Shown here one piece after another: positions 25,496-39,210 of a stretch of 64,000 nucleotides of DNA (positions are counted from its first letter, which is position 1; every line of letters begins with the position of its first letter). A program made the translations under genes and the position numbers. The notes below the pieces were generated by a model. The model was not told the origin of the DNA, did no database searches, and was given only the letters and a program-made list of their open reading frames with translations. Source of the stretch: Ruditapes philippinarum (taxonomy: Eukaryota); NCBI RefSeq assembly GCF_026571515.1, contig NW_026852422.1, forward strand, positions 1 to 64,000. The letters are read 5' to 3'.

Positions 25496-27178
25496 ATGGA
25501 AGTCTCGGGACGTAAGGAAACGTCTGCTATATCATGCCAGCCATGTCAGCGTGACGGTGATACTGCACAAGCAGACGGCTATTGTGAGAATTGTAACGAG
25601 TTTATATGTTCATCATGTATCAAGGCACACCGGAAGTTGGCTGTTACTACAAATCACGTGATCAAATCCAAAGATGAAATGCCGACATATCAGACACAAA
25701 GCGACCCGTGCACTGAACTCTGTGATGTTCATGTAAACGAAATAGTAAAGTTTTATTGTCAAGAGCACGACAGCGTTGGTTGTGGAGATTGTATGGTACT
25801 TCAACATACCTCTTGCAAGGTTCAGCTCGTTTCAGATGTATCTAGTAACTATGACAACAGTGTCGACCTCGTTTTAATTAAACATAGAATTGATAACCTC
25901 AGGAAAAACCTTGCTTCATGTAAAGAAGAAATAAAATGCAGTTTGAAAGCAGCGGATGAAATAAAGACCGAGGTCGTCAAAGAAATTAAGCTATTTCGTA
26001 AAGAAATGGATGATTATCTAGACAAAATGGAAGCAGACCTTTTACAAAAAGTTGACGAAATGAATGATAGAGATGTATCATCACAGAAAAAGCTTCAAGA
26101 TCAGTGCGAGGCATTATCTGATGAAATGAAAGAATTTCAAAGAAAATTGGATCAGTGCAAAGACAAGGTCAACAATTTGTTTGTGACATCTAAACGTGTA
26201 CAGGGAAAATTGGAAAAATGTCAAAAAATAAATGAAACCATTTCAACCAAGAGTCAGATAAACACTTTAAATTTTAAATTATCTGAAGATTTTGACACCA
26301 TGAAGAAAAATAACACACCCCTTGGCAGTCTTGTAACACACGTAAAAACATTTTCAGGGCAATGCAAGAAATGTATTAATGACATGAAGGCACATTTTGT
26401 TAATAAAGTAAATTGCCAGGCAGAAAATGAAAGAAATTGTTCTATTACAGGATTTGTGATATTATCTGATTCTGAAATTCTGTTAGCAGACGCCACCAAC
26501 AAATCGTTAAAAGTTTTAAATTACAGAGATAATAAAGTTACCTCAGCATTGAAATTGTCAGATTTTCCATTTGACATAACCACTATCAGTTCATCATCTG
26601 CTGCAACATGTTTACTAAATAAAGGCAAAATCGTTTTTGTGAATACGCATAACGGTTTGACTGAAAGTCACAGTCTGGATGTCAGGAAAAGATGTGCTGG
26701 AATAGATCATCGCAATGGTATATTGGCAGTGGCCTTTACTAAACCTCCCGCTGTTCAGGTGTTGGACATGGAAGGTCATATCCTCCATGAGGTTAGAGAT
26801 ACAAGCATGATAAAATATCCAAGATATGTAAATCTGAGTACAGACAATGAATATATGTTCGTGTCTGACACGGAGGGCGGTGCCGTGTATAAATTTACAC
26901 TCCAGGGAAAACTAATATCTCAAAATAAAACCGAGAATAATGATAAACCATTAGGCTTAACAGTAACAAACTGTGGATGTGCTGTTGTTTGTTATCAAAT
27001 GAAAAGCGATTCGATCGGCGTAAGTGTACCTGGTAGCGAAGAAATTCTGCCTTTCCATTTGCAGCATGTATTGAAGCCAATTAATATCTACATTTCTGAA
27101 GATCAAAATAAAATGTTCATTCGTGAATTACGGAACTCCATGGACGGCAATTTCATTAAGATATTTGAACTAAAGTAA
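25496..27178 (+). CDS. TRIM-like protein A: RING-less, B-box x2, coiled coil, NHL-like beta-propeller; 560 aa, single coding exon
   Basis: CQPC..YCENCNEFICSSCIKAH (B-box), CDVH..FYCQEHDSVGCGDCMVLQHTSC (B-box 2), E/K-rich helical region, then repeated P-x-x-hydrophobic / VSD-type blades. Uninterrupted ATG to TAA. Confidence 0.88.
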   Translation: MEVSGRKETSAISCQPCQRDGDTAQADGYCENCNEFICSSCIKAHRKLAVTTNHVIKSKDEMPTYQTQSDPCTELCDVHVNEIVKFYCQEHDSVGCGDCMVLQHTSCKVQLVSDVSSNYDNSVDLVLIKHRIDNLRKNLASCKEEIKCSLKAADEIKTEVVKEIKLFRKEMDDYLDKMEADLLQKVDEMNDRDVSSQKKLQDQCEALSDEMKEFQRKLDQCKDKVNNLFVTSKRVQGKLEKCQKINETISTKSQINTLNFKLSEDFDTMKKNNTPLGSLVTHVKTFSGQCKKCINDMKAHFVNKVNCQAENERNCSITGFVILSDSEILLADATNKSLKVLNYRDNKVTSALKLSDFPFDITTISSSSAATCLLNKGKIVFVNTHNGLTESHSLDVRKRCAGIDHRNGILAVAFTKPPAVQVLDMEGHILHEVRDTSMIKYPRYVNLSTDNEYMFVSDTEGGAVYKFTLQGKLISQNKTENNDKPLGLTVTNCGCAVVCYQMKSDSIGVSVPGSEEILPFHLQHVLKPINIYISEDQNKMFIRELRNSMDGNFIKIFELK

Positions 27179-28777
27179 CATTTAGGGTTGTGTCAGGAAA
27201 TTAACCTGCGTATTCAATTGTATGACTGTTGTTCGTGAATTTGATTATTGTCTGTGCCAACGTGAGATAAAGTTAACAGTGTAAATTTATCTTTCATACA
27301 ATCTTCATGTTTATCTTTATTGAGGCACTAAATACACTCTACGAAAAAGATTAATAAGAATTGTCACAAAGATAAATGTTTCGTAAAAGCAATAATACCG
27401 TTAATTTAACGTTATAAATTATATTGAAATATACTGCAATTTTTTTTACTGAATATAATTTGCAAACAGTTGTATCAGAATCATTACGTTACAGAGAAAT
27501 AAAGACAACAATAGTGCGACACAATTATGTTCCGTATTTACAAATATTTTCTGATTCTTGGAAAATTGCATGTCGTAAGTGGGAATCCTTTTGTTTAATT
27601 TTATGTGATTTATTTTACAAGGTTTTTTACTTGCATGTTTGATATTTGCAATTTAATATATCATGAAGATATTTTTAACACATATTTGATTATTACAATT
27701 TCATCTTTTATTTTATAGTTTACAAAGCCGAGCTTTCAAAATAAACAAATTATTATTAGCGTTTATTTTCGAATTCTTTGTAACATTGAAGAATTATGTT
27801 GTTTTTTAATTTGAGTATGTTACCACCATTATTCTTATTTTATTTCTTGCTTTGATTTTTATAACAAGTTAAAAGTTTTCATTTGTGTTCATTATATTGT
27901 ATAGGAATAAATAAAACAAAGATATGATGTTTCTTTCGTTTGATTAAGAAGACCGTACCTGAAATACCCTGTTTTGCACTTTGTGTCGATCCGTATGTCA
28001 CGGGATAAAATATAAATGCCGCTAAACATACAAGTATTGGAAATGGTATGCAATAAAACGCTTGATCTAAATTTCTTCACGACATAGAAAACATGATATA
28101 AAAATTTCCAATAATTATGCGACAGTATGAGATTATTTTTGTTATATTTAATTTCACTGACAAATCCCAGTGTCGAAATGCAATATTCATTCGGTCAGTA
28201 ATTTTGATGTAAGGAAAATAATATGTGGTTATTGTTTAGTGAGTATTTTTGTGGCATTATGAGGTTTAATCTACAGTATTCATCGACATGGGTTATACTG
28301 ATACAAAATATACGATAATTACAAAATAAATTGTGTGGTTAAAAGATAACGATCGTAAATAATTATAGAATAGGACGTCTTGTAAGAACGTTTGTATGTT
28401 CATGTATATGATAATTCAATTTGTTTCTTCAGAACCATTTCAAATACTTGTATATTGAGAGTTATTCAACTTACGTAAAATGTATACGATATTTACATGT
28501 GCAGACGGTATGGCGAAACCATGTCAGTTATCTCTGTCAATATCGCTTATCTGTTAAAGTATCACCATATTTCATGCATCGTTAAAAATTGTTTTGATGA
28601 TTATTGAACTGACTGAGAAAATGTTGTCATGAGTTACACTTGAGGTCAAACTTCATTTTCAATCTCAACTCTTTAAATTGTTTGATTGTGAGAAGATTTG
28701 TTTGAAGCTTGAGTAAAACGTTACATCCAATGATTTGCAAATCGCGCGTAAATCCAGTGACGTGTAAATCGCACAAA

Positions 28778-29196
28778 TATGGTGGCTAATTTGGAACACT
28801 TTTGTGCGTCATGTTGTCGTTAGCGGCAGCACAAAACGACGAGTTGTCGGACTTTCGTCTAGTCGTCCCGTCGCTAGCGATGCACGCCAAACGGCGCTTT
28901 GTCGTGCGGCGTGTTGTTGCGATGTCACATTGTCGCTCGGCTCAAATCGAAGGATTGGCTATTTGCACATATATATATATATATGTATAAGTCAAGCGAC
29001 AGGACGACATCGCGACAATGCACCGCACGACAACACGCCGTTTGGCGTGCTTTACTAGCGACAAGATGAAAAGACGACAGTGCGACAACGCTCCGTTCGG
29101 CGCGTTTCGCTGGCGACAAGACGAAATGGCGATAATGATACAGGTTGTTTTGTCGCTATCGACAACGCAACGCGCAAGGTGTACCAAATCACAATA
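28778..29196. mobile_element. Foldback MITE, IS3EU-like
   Basis: cacaaa|tatggtggctaatttgg ... ccaaatcacaata|cacaaa, 6 bp TSD. Inverted arms around a central (TA)n at ~28968-28985. Confidence 0.8.
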
Positions 29197-29414
29197 CACA
29201 AAAGCTCAATCAGCGATAACTTTAGATCTGTGTGATTGTTTTGGGAAGTGTGATAATTAAACATTGATGGAAACATACGATTAACTTTCAAAGAAATTTG
29301 TGGAAGCTTTTTTTTGACAAACAGATCAAGGGAATTGTCTCGACTTATTCATAGGTCTATATTATGCTTTTAATAATATCAGGCTAAGTAGACACTATGG
29401 ATTTAAATAGATTA

Positions 29415-29582
29415 AGAGGCATCCAGCTTGCTTTCCGAACTTCAGTGGTTCTATTAAGGTAGCCGCTCGTGCCTGAACTAATAAAGGGGTACCTGAGTTC
29501 TGCTTGATTCCATCAAGTTAAGCTGGGAAGTCTTCAAATCACATTTACAGTTTTGGTGGGACGTAACATCCCACACAAAATA
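29415..29582 (+). mobile_element. Degenerate SINE fragment (family of 6261-6550)
   Basis: catccagct...gtggttcta...ggggtacctga...aagctgggaagtc...gacgtaac similarity. Confidence 0.55.
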
Positions 29583-30859
29583 AATTTATTAAAATATATT
29601 AATGCATAGACGTAGGAGATATCTTTATAAGATTAATAAATTATCTTGACTGCGTTTTAGAGTTATGTAAATTAGCAAAGCATATTTGAAAAGCTTACTT
29701 TGTAGTCATAGTGCAAGTCTGATTGTTTAATAAAAAATAACAGTTTATATATTTGTAGGTAACGGCATGAAAATAAGTGAATTTATAATATTTTCATTAA
29801 GTACTTCAAAACATTTGGAAAGTAAAAGTTTGTGTTATTTACAGTTTAATGTAATGTAAAATTGATAAATAATGATAGTATCAAAGTCCAATGACCAACC
29901 TATTATCTCACAAAATATTTTTACTAATATCTTATCATACTTATTTTAACAGCTTTTTGATGATATCGGATGATAATCAAATTACAGTGATTTATGATTG
30001 AACTTTTCCCATTAGTAATAGTCTTTTTAGTGGCCTAAGTTTGTTCTGTTCAACTTCAAAAACGAATTACATTATTGCTAATTCGTTCCAAGGATAAAGT
30101 CGGTACTAGAGGACGTGGACGATAGCTGGCACTTTCCAGTACATTCTATGACCAGGCTCAATAAAAACAAGGCTGTAACAATTGTAATTCACCCGTTATT
30201 TTTCCGCTCTTCGTGTTTTTTATATAATTGTTTTTTAAATTCTTAACAGAATGCTTAAGTACATATACGCATCCTTTTTTATTTTAAATGAAACTATGTG
30301 TCTGTTATAAGCAAATTGTGATAACATATAATTTAACCTTTACCATGTCAAATATCGTAAATGGATTTGCTTGTCCTTCAATCTTTGTATAACTATTCAT
30401 CATGTTTCAAGGATACAAGGATCATCTAATGATAGGTATATACTGGCTGAATAGCGAACAGTGCAGACCATAATAAAACCGCACGGACTTTGGTCTGCAC
30501 TGTTTGCATGGATATACAATGTATTTATTTGTCACCAGCAGTCAAAAGGGGGATACTTTCTTATTTGTGTTGAGATATCTAAACATGAACAATACAGTAA
30601 CATTAATTCATTCGTTACATATTCAAATACTATAACTATAAAGTGACTAGAGATAGAAAGCAAAATCACATACTTCCAGACAAGTTACGTTATTTGTCAG
30701 CCAGATATAGCAAATAAAACCGACAGTATATGTTAATCATGCATTTATGTAAATGCTTGGATGAATTCTATACCAAAGTATGATACCTATATGTATAATA
30801 CAACATTCTATAGTACGTTGACTGTATAAAAAGGAAATGAAACATTTGGATGAAGTGTC

Positions 30860-30937
30860 GTATGTATGTATGTATGTATGTATGTATGTATGTATGTTTG
30901 CGTGCGTGCGTGCGTGCGTGCATGTATGTATGTATGT
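30860..30937 (+). repeat. Compound (TATG)n(CGTG)n(TATG)n microsatellite
   Basis: Direct inspection. Confidence 0.95.
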
Positions 30938-33120
30938 AAAGGTCCATCCCCCGTTAAGCAGCACAAAAGCAGATTTTGCTGTCGAGCACGGACCCCGGAC
31001 ATGTCATCTGCTATGCCCTTAAAGGATTATTTTTGAATCACGAATTGGTGATGATTTACATCGATACAATTTCACAGAGTAATAATTTTGAGTCCACAGT
31101 AGGTTTTTTAAAGCGGACAATTAAAACCTAAATTTACAGTAACTTGAGACAATATGAAAAAGTTGTAGCCCTGAAAAGGGCTGTAATGCCATCGAAGGGC
31201 CTGCCTTTCAACCCGTCACTCTTTGTGCAAAGGTCTCACTTACCCTAGCTCACTTTCCTTGTCGCACTTGCCTACTTTGTATGGCCACTCTCCTTGGATT
31301 TTGTCAGGACATCGGCAGCTGATCTTCAGTCGAAGACGAGGACGATGTGTACCGAAGTACTAGGAAGTTTACTCGCCAAGCTGCAAATTTTTTGCCGTGG
31401 TCTTATACTGAGCCTTCTTCGCGTCTTCGCGATGAGCACGCACCGAGGGTAAGAGATTAGATACTTTTTTTCAATATTCCATGTTCAATAATATAAACAG
31501 AGGACATAATAGGTCTAAAGTGTTGTGCACGCAACTTTAAGTAAAGTTTCTAAGATACTATCTGCTGCTCGTGTAAATATATTCATAACGTGTACAATCG
31601 TTTTTTTTCAACACGCCGACCATTTGCTACATTTAATTTCTTATTATTTCTAATGTGACTGTTCCATGAAAAAACCAGCACAAAGCAAACAAACATTTTC
31701 AGTTATATTATTCAAAATGAAAAATATGATATAAATACATTTTTGCAAAGCTAATGGGGTCTTAAATGCAATTATAATGAGATTACAAGCTTGGAAGTAT
31801 GAATAACTGTTAAACAATCAACAGAGTAAGTTTTGTAGGACGATTTGGACTTTTTTGACGATATAAGCAAGAATAATGTAAAAGCTTCTATATACTGTTT
31901 ATAGCATTAATCTTTTATTCACTATCATTTCATACTACAATAAATTAACTCCTAAGACAATTTCTGTGCCTTGCAAATGAGCTAAATCTATTTCATTCAG
32001 CCCAAGCACAAGTCCCAGTACAATAAATAAAAAATACAAACGATGAATAAAACGAATACTCCCTATCAAATTTACTGTACTGTAATGAAGTACGGGACAA
32101 TTTTTTACGACTGCCACACAGTCCTTGACACCTGCTGTTGTGATGTATAAATATATGGTAAAAAGTCATACACTTAAAAAGCTTAGGAAGATGTAGAAAG
32201 AGTTAAAAAAAAATAGACAAATATCTCAACCTAACAAGCAATGGAAAATTTAAATGCTATAGCTTTATGAATGAATAAATTACAATAATATCTAGATACT
32301 ATATGGGGTTCAAGAAATAAAAAAAACATCTAATGATAATTGACAACCCAACATGGCTTTGTATCCTTCAAGAAAAGTCTTTATATTTAATTTATCAAAA
32401 TATAGTTGCTGCCGAGACAGTAAAAACTTAAGTTAAGTTATAACAAAATTGATTTTCGAAATACCCGGTATGACGGGCGTCCCCCGATTGCAGACATTAC
32501 TCTTTCTTAAATAATAAATTCTCCTTTGAATACAAGCTCCACATTAAAAAAACAGGTCTTATACCTTTGAAAGTTAATATGACACTTATTTAGATGTTTC
32601 AAAAGCTCTTGTATATCTGTAAAGATTTATAAAATATACGCTATGCAAAACAGTATGCTATTTTTATACATGAACATTTTATTGAAGTTTAATCAATACA
32701 TGCTTTAACATATACGTTAACACACTTAGATTCCCCTTTGTATATTATCTAATAGCCTAATTAAATTTAACTTCCTTGGTGATATTTTCGGAAAATATTT
32801 CCTAATGGCTTTCAAAATGTTAGACAATATTCGTCATGTTAAAGGATTTTAATTCGTTTATTCAATAGGAAGCATTTACGATATTGTAACATTGCAAAAC
32901 GTTATATTGGGATTTATTTTATGTCAATTTGGCAGTTTTTCATGTTCAGACACGAATTAAATAACTAGTGTTTTATTTTTATGCACAATAGACACTATTA
33001 AATTAAAAAAGAATTACATGTAATATAGCATATAATAACCAGAACTGTGTCTTATTTGGGATTTCACCATAATATGTGTTTAAAGAAAAAACATTGGACA
33101 TTTCGTTGATTAAATTTAAA

Positions 33121-34789
33121 ATGGAAGTTTCTGGACGTAAGGAATCTTCTGTTAGATTATGCCAGCCGTGCCAGCGTGACGGTGATACTGCACAAGCAGA
33201 GGGTTATCGAGTTTATATGTTCATCATGCATTAAGGCACACCGGAAGTTGGCAACTACCAAACATCACGTAATCAAATCCAAAGATGAAATGCCAACATA
33301 TCAGACACAAAGCGACCCATGCACTGAACTCTGTGATGTTCATAAAAACGAAATAGTAAAGTTTTATTGTCAAGAGCACGGCAGCGTTGGTTGTGGAGAT
33401 TGTATGGTACTTCAACATACCTCTTGCAAGGTTCAGCTCGTTTCAGATGTATCTAGTAACTATGGCAACAGTGTGGACCTCGTTTTAATTAAACATAGGA
33501 TTGATAACCTCAGGACAAACCTCGCTTCATGTAAAGAAGAAATAAAATGCAGTTTAAAAGCAGCAGATAAAATAAAGACCGAGGTCGTCAAAGAAATAAG
33601 GCTATTTCGTAAAGAAATGGATGATTATCTAGACAAAATGGAAGCAGACCTTTTACAAAAAGTTGACGAAATAAATGATAGAAATGTATCGTCACAGAAA
33701 AAGCTTCAAGATCAGTGCGAGGCATTATGTAATGAAATGAACGAATTTCAAAGAAAATTGGATCAGTGCAAAGACAAGGTCAACAATTTGTTTGTGACAT
33801 CTAAGAGTATACAGAGAAAATATGAAAAATGTCAACAAATAAATGAAACCATTTCAGCTAAGAGTCAGATAAACACTTTCAATTTTAAAGTAACTGAAGA
33901 TTTTTATAATTTGAAGAAATATAACACACCCATTGGCAATCTTGCAACACAAGTAAAAACATTTTCAGGGCAATGCAAGAAATGTATAAATGACATGAAG
34001 GCACACTTTGTTAACAAAGTAAATTGCCAGGCAGAAAACGAAGAAAATTGTTATATTTCAGGAATCACAATTGTATCAGAAGCTGACATTCTTTTATCAG
34101 ACACCAATAACAAATCATTAAAAATTCTAAATTACAGAGATGGTAAAGTTACCTCAACATTAAAATTGTCAGATTTTCCCGCAGACATAACCAAAATGAG
34201 TTCATCATCTGCTGCAACATGTTTACCAAATAAAGGCAAAATCTTGTTTGTGAATATGCAAAGTGGTTTGACTGAAAGTCACTGCCTGGGTGTCAGGAAA
34301 GGTTGTGCTGGAATAGATCATCGCAATGGTGTATTGGCAGTATCCTTTATTAATCCTCTCGCTGTTCAGGTATTGGATATGGAAGGTCATATCCTTCATG
34401 AGGTTAGAGATACAAGCATATTGAAATATCCAAGAATTGAACATCTGAGTACAGATAATGAATATATGTTCGTGTCTGACAAAGATAACCGTGCCGTGTA
34501 TAAATTTACAGTCCAGGGAGAACTGATATCTCAAAATAAAACAGAGAAAAATGATAAACCAGCAGGCTTAACAGTTACAAACTGTGGATGTGCTGTTGTT
34601 TGTTATCCATTCAAAAGCGATTCGCTCGGAGTAATTGTACCTGATACGAGAGAGATTCTGCCTTTCAATGCACAGCATGTATTGAGACCACTTTATATCA
34701 ACATTTCCGAAGAGCAAAATAAAATGTTCATCAGTGAATTACCGACTTCTTTGGACTGCAATTTCATTAAAATATTTGACTTAAAGTAA
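33121..34789 (+). pseudogene. TRIM-like paralog B; 14 bp deletion in B-box 1 shifts the frame
   Basis: ATG at 33121 (MEVSGRKES). tgtgagaattgtaa is missing at 33207/33208 relative to A. The rest is one open frame to TAA 34789, with an in-frame ATG at 33290. Confidence 0.82.
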
Positions 34790-37700
34790 AATTTAAGGGT
34801 TCTGTCAGAAAATCATTCTGTTTATTCATTGGTGTGAATATTGTGTGTGTGTTTGACAAGTGTCCGTGCCAACGTGAGATAAAGCTAACATTGTCAAAGT
34901 ACCTTCATAATATCTTCAGTTTATCTTTATTGAGATAATATATACACTTTCCGAAAAGGGAGAATAGGATTAATAAGAGTAGTCACACAGATAAATGTTT
35001 TGTAAACAACACTAATAGCATTAATTCAATGTTATAAATTGTGTTGTAAAAAAACTGGAAAATTCTTACTTCATATACTTTGTAAAAATATATCTCTCCA
35101 CATTATAGACGATAAATGTGACACAATTATGTTCAGCATTAATTCAATGTTATAAATTATGTTTATGTGTTAAATATACTGCACGTTTTTTCACTGGATA
35201 TAATTTGTAAACAGATGTACCATAATCATTACGTTATAGAGAGAAAAATACATTAATTATGCGACACAATTATGTTCAGTATTTAGTCTTATGTTAAAAT
35301 GTGGTCTGGTTCTTTGAAAATTGCATGCCTTCAATGGAAATCTGCTAGTGACTGTATTATTTTATGATTCAGAGTTAGTAAATCTGAACACAATGTCCCA
35401 TTTTATAATTTAATGTTACTTTCTGAGTGGAATACCACAATCAATATATAAATTATGCACAGGTTATCCTGAGTTTAACAAATAGACATTAAAAACAGAC
35501 ACAATTATTTCTAGTGGAAAGCTACAGTGTTATTTAATCCAAAATGATTATTTACTTGCATGTTTTAACTTTAATTTCATACAATGAAAATATTTTTAGT
35601 ATAAAGATTTAAAAATAACAATTTCGTTTTTCATTTTACAAAGTGCTTTCAAAAATAAACAAATTATTATTAACGCAATTTCCGAATTCTTTGTTACAAT
35701 AGGGAAGAATTTTGTTGTATCTTAATTAGAGTATCTTACCAACATTATCTTATTTCTTGCTTTGATTTTGATAAAAAGTTAAAACATTTACATTTGTATT
35801 CGTTGTATTATATCTAAATAAAAACAACAAAAAATATGATTTTTGTTTTGTTTAATTAAAGAAGACTCTACCCGAAATATCACGTAAGTTTCTCACTTTG
35901 TGAAACGTGATAAATTATAAATTACAAATATAAACGCGCGTGTGTGTGTTTGGAGTTGTTAACCCTCGCTACCAGAAAGAGACCATATGAGCGAGCAAGA
36001 TATAAATGATGTATTACAAAAGTATATTTATCCTAGTAAACTGCAGACGCTTGACATGTACTCGTACTTTTACCCTATATTTTTTTTTTCAACGGATTTT
36101 CTCTAATTTTGAAAATTGACACCTTCCCGTCATTAAATGACCCATCCACGCGTGAGAAATTCACCCCTATTAAAAAATCAACTATAAGCAGGCCAAATTT
36201 GAAAATTGGTAACAGATCCAAATGATATTGCAAAATATAGTCATACACATGAAAAAGTGATATATCTATATTCCTTTCAGAATTGTACGTGATGAACATT
36301 AATGCGTTTTTTAAAGTGGAACCGGAGAAAATAACATTTTGCCAATTCATCGACAATAACTTTAATAATGGACTGCTATATTTTTCTTATGTAGTGAACT
36401 ATAATATAACATTGGATGCAGAATAATGAATGCTTATGTTTTTTTCGCTATCCCAGGGAGTCGCCTGCTAGTATAAATTGAATGTCTGCTACTGTTATTA
36501 ATATTTAAACACGAAACATCCATCTACCCCTCTTAGAATGCATATTATAACCAGCCGTTGTATATTTCAACCTCTCATAAATTTCGGCTGTGCGTTCGTA
36601 ACCCAGCGTTTTGTTCATCAAGTTAACTTTACTGATCAGGGAAAGTAACTGCCACGAAAAGTTTGTAGTTAATCGGCAAAGTCCCAGCAACGGTTACTTT
36701 CCATGATCAGAGTGGCTCGTTATGCTTGTGAACTTGAGTTTCAGACGTTTAACTTAAATGAAACGAACCGTTCAAAATGATCATATTTTGATGAAAATGG
36801 AATATATCAGTTTTCAAAGGTTTTAAAATAGAAAGAAAAAAAAAAGAAAGAAAAAACAGCAACAACAACAAAAGATGTATAGGTAGGGTCAATTGAAAGA
36901 CCCAGTTAGATTACTGTATGGAGCTTCAATTTAAATATATTACGCTTATGAGATTATAACTTTAAAACTGCAAATGTAATTCAACACATTTTGACTGATG
37001 TAGTGTATAATACATCAAACAAAGTCATAGGATCAATCTTAAAAGAATAATAAAGATTTCGATAAAATTTTATAAGCACATATCTCACAATTGTTTATTC
37101 ATGTTCTTTAAAATTACATCATAAAATTAAGTGTCATATTTCAAATATAGAATCATCTTAAATTTTGAGAATAAACATAAATCATGAAATATTTATTTTG
37201 AAACCTTACATTGCACTTGCCGTGTGAATTCTAGATTTGAGATATTTCTTTTGTCTTTTTTCTTCTTAAAAATCTTAGTTTAAACAATATTTATTTATAA
37301 TCTTTACATTTACATAATGCGGTACATAAAATAAAACTTACAGATTAAGTAGGAAGCTTGTTTTTTGAAACTCTCTCCGTAATCAGCATTTAACAAATTT
37401 TATATAAATGGTTACAAAATATTAAATATATAAACTAAACTTTACATATCATATCGAATTGTGCTTGCTTTCTTACGTAAACTACGTAAACATACTATCT
37501 AAATAATATTAAGTATTCGTGAACTTAATACAAGATTCATTACTTTTTGATTTAAGGTTAAAGCACGAGTAAGAATTCATTTTTAAAGGGATGCATTGCT
37601 TAGTTTAGAGTGTGATCTACTTAACTAGTATGTTTGAATTTTTTTATGATTATAAATCAAAGAAGAAGAACAAAAAAGGTCAAAGAAGAAGGGATATAGG

Positions 37701-38059
37701 GAACAGGAGAGAGAAAGAAAGTCACTTTACTCCTATGAAGTTGAGAGGAGCTTTTTTTTATAAAACGGATATTATTTTACATGTATATCAAATCTTTTTT
37801 GTTTTTTGTATATATTTATGTATACATGAGACAATTGTTTCATTTAGAGCATCTGTAAGTGAATTATCCGGAGATCTTATCCTTTGAATTTTCTTTATTC
37901 TATTATTGTTTGGCACGTGGTTTGGCTCTGTTTGACTGTTAATTACAATGTAAAAACACTTTTACTTAACAAATGCAAGTAACATTAGCTAGGTGTTATT
38001 AGCTATTTATCTAACATTATCATTATACATGATATACATTATCAAGGTTAAGGAACAAT

Positions 38060-39194
38060 TATGGTGGCTGATTTGTGCCATTCGTGTTTTCGCCCCGCGA
38101 CCCCGCAAATCGAAAAGTCGAGAATTAACAAGTTAAATCGGCGGGGCCGCGGGACGAAAACACGCTAAAAAGCGAAATAAATAGCGAGGGCGCGAGGTGA
38201 AGTTTAATACATAAAACTTCGCCCCGCGGGGGCGCGGGACGAGATTTAAGAGATAAAATGGCAGAGGTGCGGAGCGAAAACACGCTTATTAATGACCCCG
38301 CTTATAAGCGTGTTTTTGCTTCGTGCCCCCGCCATTTTAACTTGTTAATTTTCGACATTTCGCTTGGCGGGGTTGCGGGAGGAAAACACGCTAATTAGCT
38401 GGGACGCGCGAAGTTTGATTTATTAAACTTCGCCCCGCGTCCCCGCTAATTAGCATATTTTCCTCCGATGACCCCGCCGTTTAATTTCTTAAATGTCGCT
38501 CCGCGCCCCAGCCATTTTAACTTGTAAATAATCGACTTTTCGCTTGGCGGGGTCGCGGGAAGAAAACACGCTAATTAGCGGGGCCGCGCGGCGAAGTTTT
38601 ATTTATTAAAGGCACATTATGCCCCAGAAACAAATAATTTTTTACTTCTTCAGAAAAGGCAATGTTTAAATAATGCTTTTAGAGAATGTTAGATCTATGC
38701 TTGTTACCTGAAGAAAGTAGCAGTAGATGTGAAATAATTATTCTCAAAAGAAGCAAAATGTAAACAACAGTATTTTGACTTCCATACAAAATACTAATTC
38801 ACTATAAATGTACTTATGTTCCAAAAAACAACAGATGAAAAAGATGGTTCTGGTAATTGGCCAATGAGTATTTTTTTGGACACTATAAATGTACACTGAA
38901 ATTAAAAAGCTTCTGAGAAATGAAAAAAAGGTTTACAAGACATAATTGGCCTTTAGACTTCGCCCCGAACCCCCGCTTATAAGCGTGTTTTATTCCGCGA
39001 CCCCGCCGTTTTAATTCTGAAATCTCGCTCCGCGCCCCTGTGGGACGAAGTTTTATTTATTTAACTTCACCCGCGCCCTCGCTAATTAGCGTATTTTCGC
39101 TACGCGCCCCCGCCATGTTAACATGTTAATTCTCGACTTTGCGCTTGGCAGGGTCGCGGGGCGAAAACACGAATGGCACAAATCAGCCACCATA
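38060..39194. mobile_element. GC-rich foldback MITE, IS3EU-like
   Basis: aacaat|tatggtggctgatttg ... caaatcagccaccata|aacaat, 6 bp TSD. Empty site ggaacaatgtcc at ~18467 in unit 1. Confidence 0.88.
38610..38952. mobile_element. TTAA-inserting element (Kolobok-like) nested in the foldback MITE
   Basis: ttaa|aggcacattatg ... cataattggcct|ttag. Absent from the paralogous MITE (ttattaaacttcg, ~52950). Confidence 0.72.
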
Positions 39195-39210
39195 AACAAT
39201 ATCCAAAATT

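Larger units (their letters stand above)
18397..27990 (+). repeat. Segmental duplication unit 1 (tubulin from mid intron 1, spacer, TRIM-like gene, 3' flank)
   Basis: Colinear homology of introns, spacer and genes with 37983-52140 and 52140-61690. Ends approximate. Confidence 0.85.

Noticed and set aside
28802-29291. Six overlapping Arg/Cys-rich ORFs
   Set aside because: They arise from a GC-rich palindromic MITE with few stop codons.
30940-31455. GC-richer segment after the microsatellite ending in a possible donor (gagg|gtaaga)
   Set aside because: No recognisable ORF, ribozyme core or element ends. May be a retroelement fragment or non-coding exon but is unsupported.
36740-36830. Faint similarity to the tubulin exon 1/intron 1 start (gttcaa..atcatatt..gatga.aat), also ~49870 and ~61540
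   Set aside because: AT-rich and short, with no ATG|GT junction. Could be an old remnant but cannot be supported without alignment statistics.
37612-37887. Lys/Arg-rich ORF repeated at 51789-52025, and 43962-44171
   Set aside because: Low-complexity purine tracts in duplicated or low-quality sequence. Starts and frames are not conserved.
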